Origin: Felis catus
Lineage: Eukaryota
DNA: 64,000 nucleotides
Direction of reading: 5' to 3'
NCBI RefSeq assembly: GCF_018350175.1
Contig: NC_058368.1
Span: 133,984,001 to 134,048,000, forward strand
Shown piece after piece: positions 61,295 through 64,000 of the stretch. The notes beneath the pieces are model-generated. The model was not told the origin of the DNA and searched no databases. It saw only the letters and a list, made by a program, of their open reading frames with translations. A program made the translations under genes and the position numbers. The first letter of the stretch is position 1. Each line of letters begins with the position of its first letter.

Positions 61295-62375
61295 TTTCTC
61301 TTTATTTTGTAAAGTATACTTTCCGGAAACTTGATCCAGCCAAGCAAAAAACTTCAATCCTAGCCAAAAGTTTGTTCTCAATTATAAATTGATATTATCC
61401 TATAGTCTTGTCCCCAAAGGAATACTTTTTGCTGAAGATAAAGATTCTGTTCAAGAAAGCATTTTCACAAGGAAAATATAACGGTATTGTTTATATAGTG
61501 TTTTGAGTGGGGCAGCACGTTTAGCCCATTGGCGTCCACACACGCAGGGATCCTGAAAGAGGAACATGTGTTATTCCCGGTGATTACTATGTCAGCTGCA
61601 ATCCTGTGCTTTCTCTCATGCAGAACCATAGGGTTAATGGATTTTGATAGGCATTGTGTGCCCTGCGTCTTATCATACGTAAGAGTTTAAATGAGCGCTT
61701 CATTAAAAACACACTACTTGTGTGGCAAATTATTCTTGGTCTTTTCTGACCTAAACAGTAAGCAGAAACCTCCTAAATTGTGTTTCCAAGGGTCTGCTGA
61801 TCTGACTGTACCTGACATGAGCATAAGACCAAACACCAGCGTTTCTAGCTTCACAGGCCTGCCCCTGGATTCTGAGGCCTCCCTGGATGGATGGGCCTTC
61901 TGGAAAGTAGATGGGGAAGCTGAAAGAGATGGGGCTCTTCATGCTTGGTCATCCCTCTCCCTCCTCTTATCCTACTCCTCTTCTACCACTGAGGGGCCCT
62001 CTTTGTCCTTCTCTCGGGAACCAGAGGATCCCAGGATGGGCTGCTGTTGATGCCCAGGCACTCCCTTAGTTTACCATGGAAACCTGTACCCTCCTTCCCT
62101 TCTGCCCCAAGGCCAAGTGGGAGTGGTGGGGCCCAGATCATCTAAATATACAGAAAGAAAGTTTTCAACGGATGCTGTACTGGGTAGATAACTCAAGGAA
62201 TTACTAACACATGAATAATGCCTTGGTGAGGCTTAACCATTCCTGTTTGCATGCTGGAAATGAGGAAAATTCCTGTTCACATGCTGGAAGTGTCGAGTTT
62301 CTGCAGTAGCCCTCTGCTGACTGCCTTACTGAAATGTGTAGCCTGAGTGAGCAATGATTTTGATAGGAAAGTGTT

Positions 62376-62585
62376 GGGGCGCCTGGGTGGCTCAGTCGTT
62401 AAGTGTCCAACTGCTGGTTTCAGCTCAGGTCATGATCTTTTGGGTCGTGAATTCGAGCTCCATGCTGGGCTCTGCGCTGACCGTGTGGAGCCTGCTTGGG
62501 ATTCTCTGTCTCCCTCTCTCTCTGCTCCTCCCTTGCTAGTGTGCTCTCTCTGTCCCTCTCTCTATAAATACATAAACTTAAAAAA
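62376..62585 (+). mobile_element. CanSINE
   Basis: Flanked by AAAGTGTT and AAAGCGTT. Confidence 0.93.
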
Positions 62586-62709
62586 AAGCGTTAGACCCCT
62601 TAGATAGGGTGGGGGTGCAAAAAATGACGAACAACTTTGCTGGTGGACTTTATAATGCCACAGGTCTATGATCTTGTGCTGATTTGCATGGCCAGACTGG
62701 CTTGCCCTC

Positions 62710-63183
62710 TGTGTGAGTCAGGTTTTATCAGAAGAGCAGAACTGGTAGGAGATAGATATTACCAGAAGGGATTGGTTTAACTGTTGTGGAACCTGAAGTC
62801 CATGAGGAGGTGGTCTGGGAGGAAAGATCAAGAACAGGTTGGAATCTCCCAGGCACAGGCTGAAGCCGTTAAAGGGAGGCAAGAGGGAAGCTCCTGTGAA
62901 GGGAGGGCAATCATAGATCAGATGCAGCTTGGAATAGGGTTCAGGGAGTGCCGGAGTCTTCCTTATAGGGCTTCCACTGATTAGGCCAGACCCACCAAGA
63001 TAATCTTACTTAAAGTCATTGGGTTAGGGATTTTAATTCGATGTACAAACCCCTTCATGGCAGTGCCTAGATTAGTGTTTGATTGAATAACTAGGAAAAG
63101 GGGTGTACATGCCACAAATGGCTGCCCCCTCATCTGTCCTCATTATCTAGCCTACCCATTCTGACATACCAAAAAACCATCAC
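62710..63183 (-). mobile_element. ERVL LTR (MLT2-like)
   Basis: TGTGTGAGTCAGGTTTTATCAGAAGAGCAGAAC start, CTAGATTAGTGTTTGATTGAATAACT, and TGACATA...AACCATCAC end. Confidence 0.75.
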
Positions 63184-64000
63184 TTCCTCCCCCCTCCCTC
63201 CATCCTTCCCTTCCTTCGTTCCCAAAAAGATTCAAAACTTTTTGAGACGTAGAATTTGAGCGTTTCCGAAGTGCAGAGTGGAATTTTTAGATTGCTTTTC
63301 ATTGGAACAATTCACGCCTTAAGGTAGGACTGTGTCAGCGTATGTTCTCCACATCCACGTGCCCCTTTGGCCTTTTCCCTCCATCTCAAGATGACTGTTC
63401 ATCCTCAGACTCAAGGCACTGGCCACTCTATGTGCTATCCCAATCCCCAGATCATTCCAAGCTGGGCTGTCAAGTCCAGGAGCGTGGTAGGCAAAGAGAG
63501 ATTTATGTAACTAGGGAATCAAACAGCCAACACTCAGAAGAATGACTTTTAATATGGAAATCTCTCCCCTGGCCAAATCTGTGCACATGGAACACCCACA
63601 ACAAACAGGGCTGTAAACAATGGCAATTGTGCTGACTTCACAGCACACACAGATGCGGCAGCTTTTTAGATGCATTTGAACAAAGGGATGAATCAAACTT
63701 GTTGTTGGCAAACAATCTCACATTGTCTTCCCCTCTGTCCCCTCAAATGGGGCAACATTCTCTGGACTCTGAGAAGCACTGAAGGCTTGGGTGTGAAGCT
63801 CTTTGGGGCGGTCAGTAGATAAATGCCAACTCTCCCAAGATCCAGACTTACTTGACACTTGATCTGAACAGTATGAAAAGAGGGCAGCCTTAAATGTGAT
63901 CCAAAGAATTTTCATCTTGGGAAGGTTCTTTCATCAATACGGCAAGTCTAGAAGTCTGATCTGGGGGACGTGTGAAACGTCTGACACATTACTCAGCCCA

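Noticed and set aside
61093..61392. FSSLL / REEKR repeat ORFs
   Set aside because: Translation of (TTCTC)n.
411..62720. Scattered AP-1 heptamers (TGA[CG]TCA)
   Set aside because: The roughly 8 I noticed match chance expectation for 64 kb.
1..64000. CRISPR arrays, operons or other prokaryotic systems
   Set aside because: The sequence is mammalian and contains no repeat-spacer array or gene-dense region.

Overview
Repeat-rich mammalian DNA from a carnivore, almost certainly a felid, judged from tRNA-derived CanSINEs of the SINEC_Fc type and feline-type L1. No host protein-coding gene is recognisable. The only clear protein homologies are L1 ORF1p and ORF2p. The window looks like the 5' end of a long + strand transcript: an octamer/ETS/YY1 promoter-like cluster with a splice donor at 319-526, a candidate ~48 kb intron, and two candidate exons at 48662-48803 and 59379-59423. 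I could not name the gene. Mobile elements include a 5'-truncated L1 with an 18-bp TSD, a 5'-complete but 3'-amputated L1 with intact ORF1, about 22 CanSINEs, ERV1/ERVL/MaLR LTR remnants, hAT MITEs including a palindromic MER53-like element, and old L2/MIR/L1M fragments. The most interesting signals are: a 221-codon antisense ORF with strong Kozak context and an internal splice donor in the L1 5'UTR (geometry like primate ORF0), two inverted templated-insertion scars in the same L1, a SINE+L1 unit inside one TSD, and a twin-primed L1. Repeat subfamily names come from remembered consensus similarity, not a database run. Nothing here proves a new biological system.
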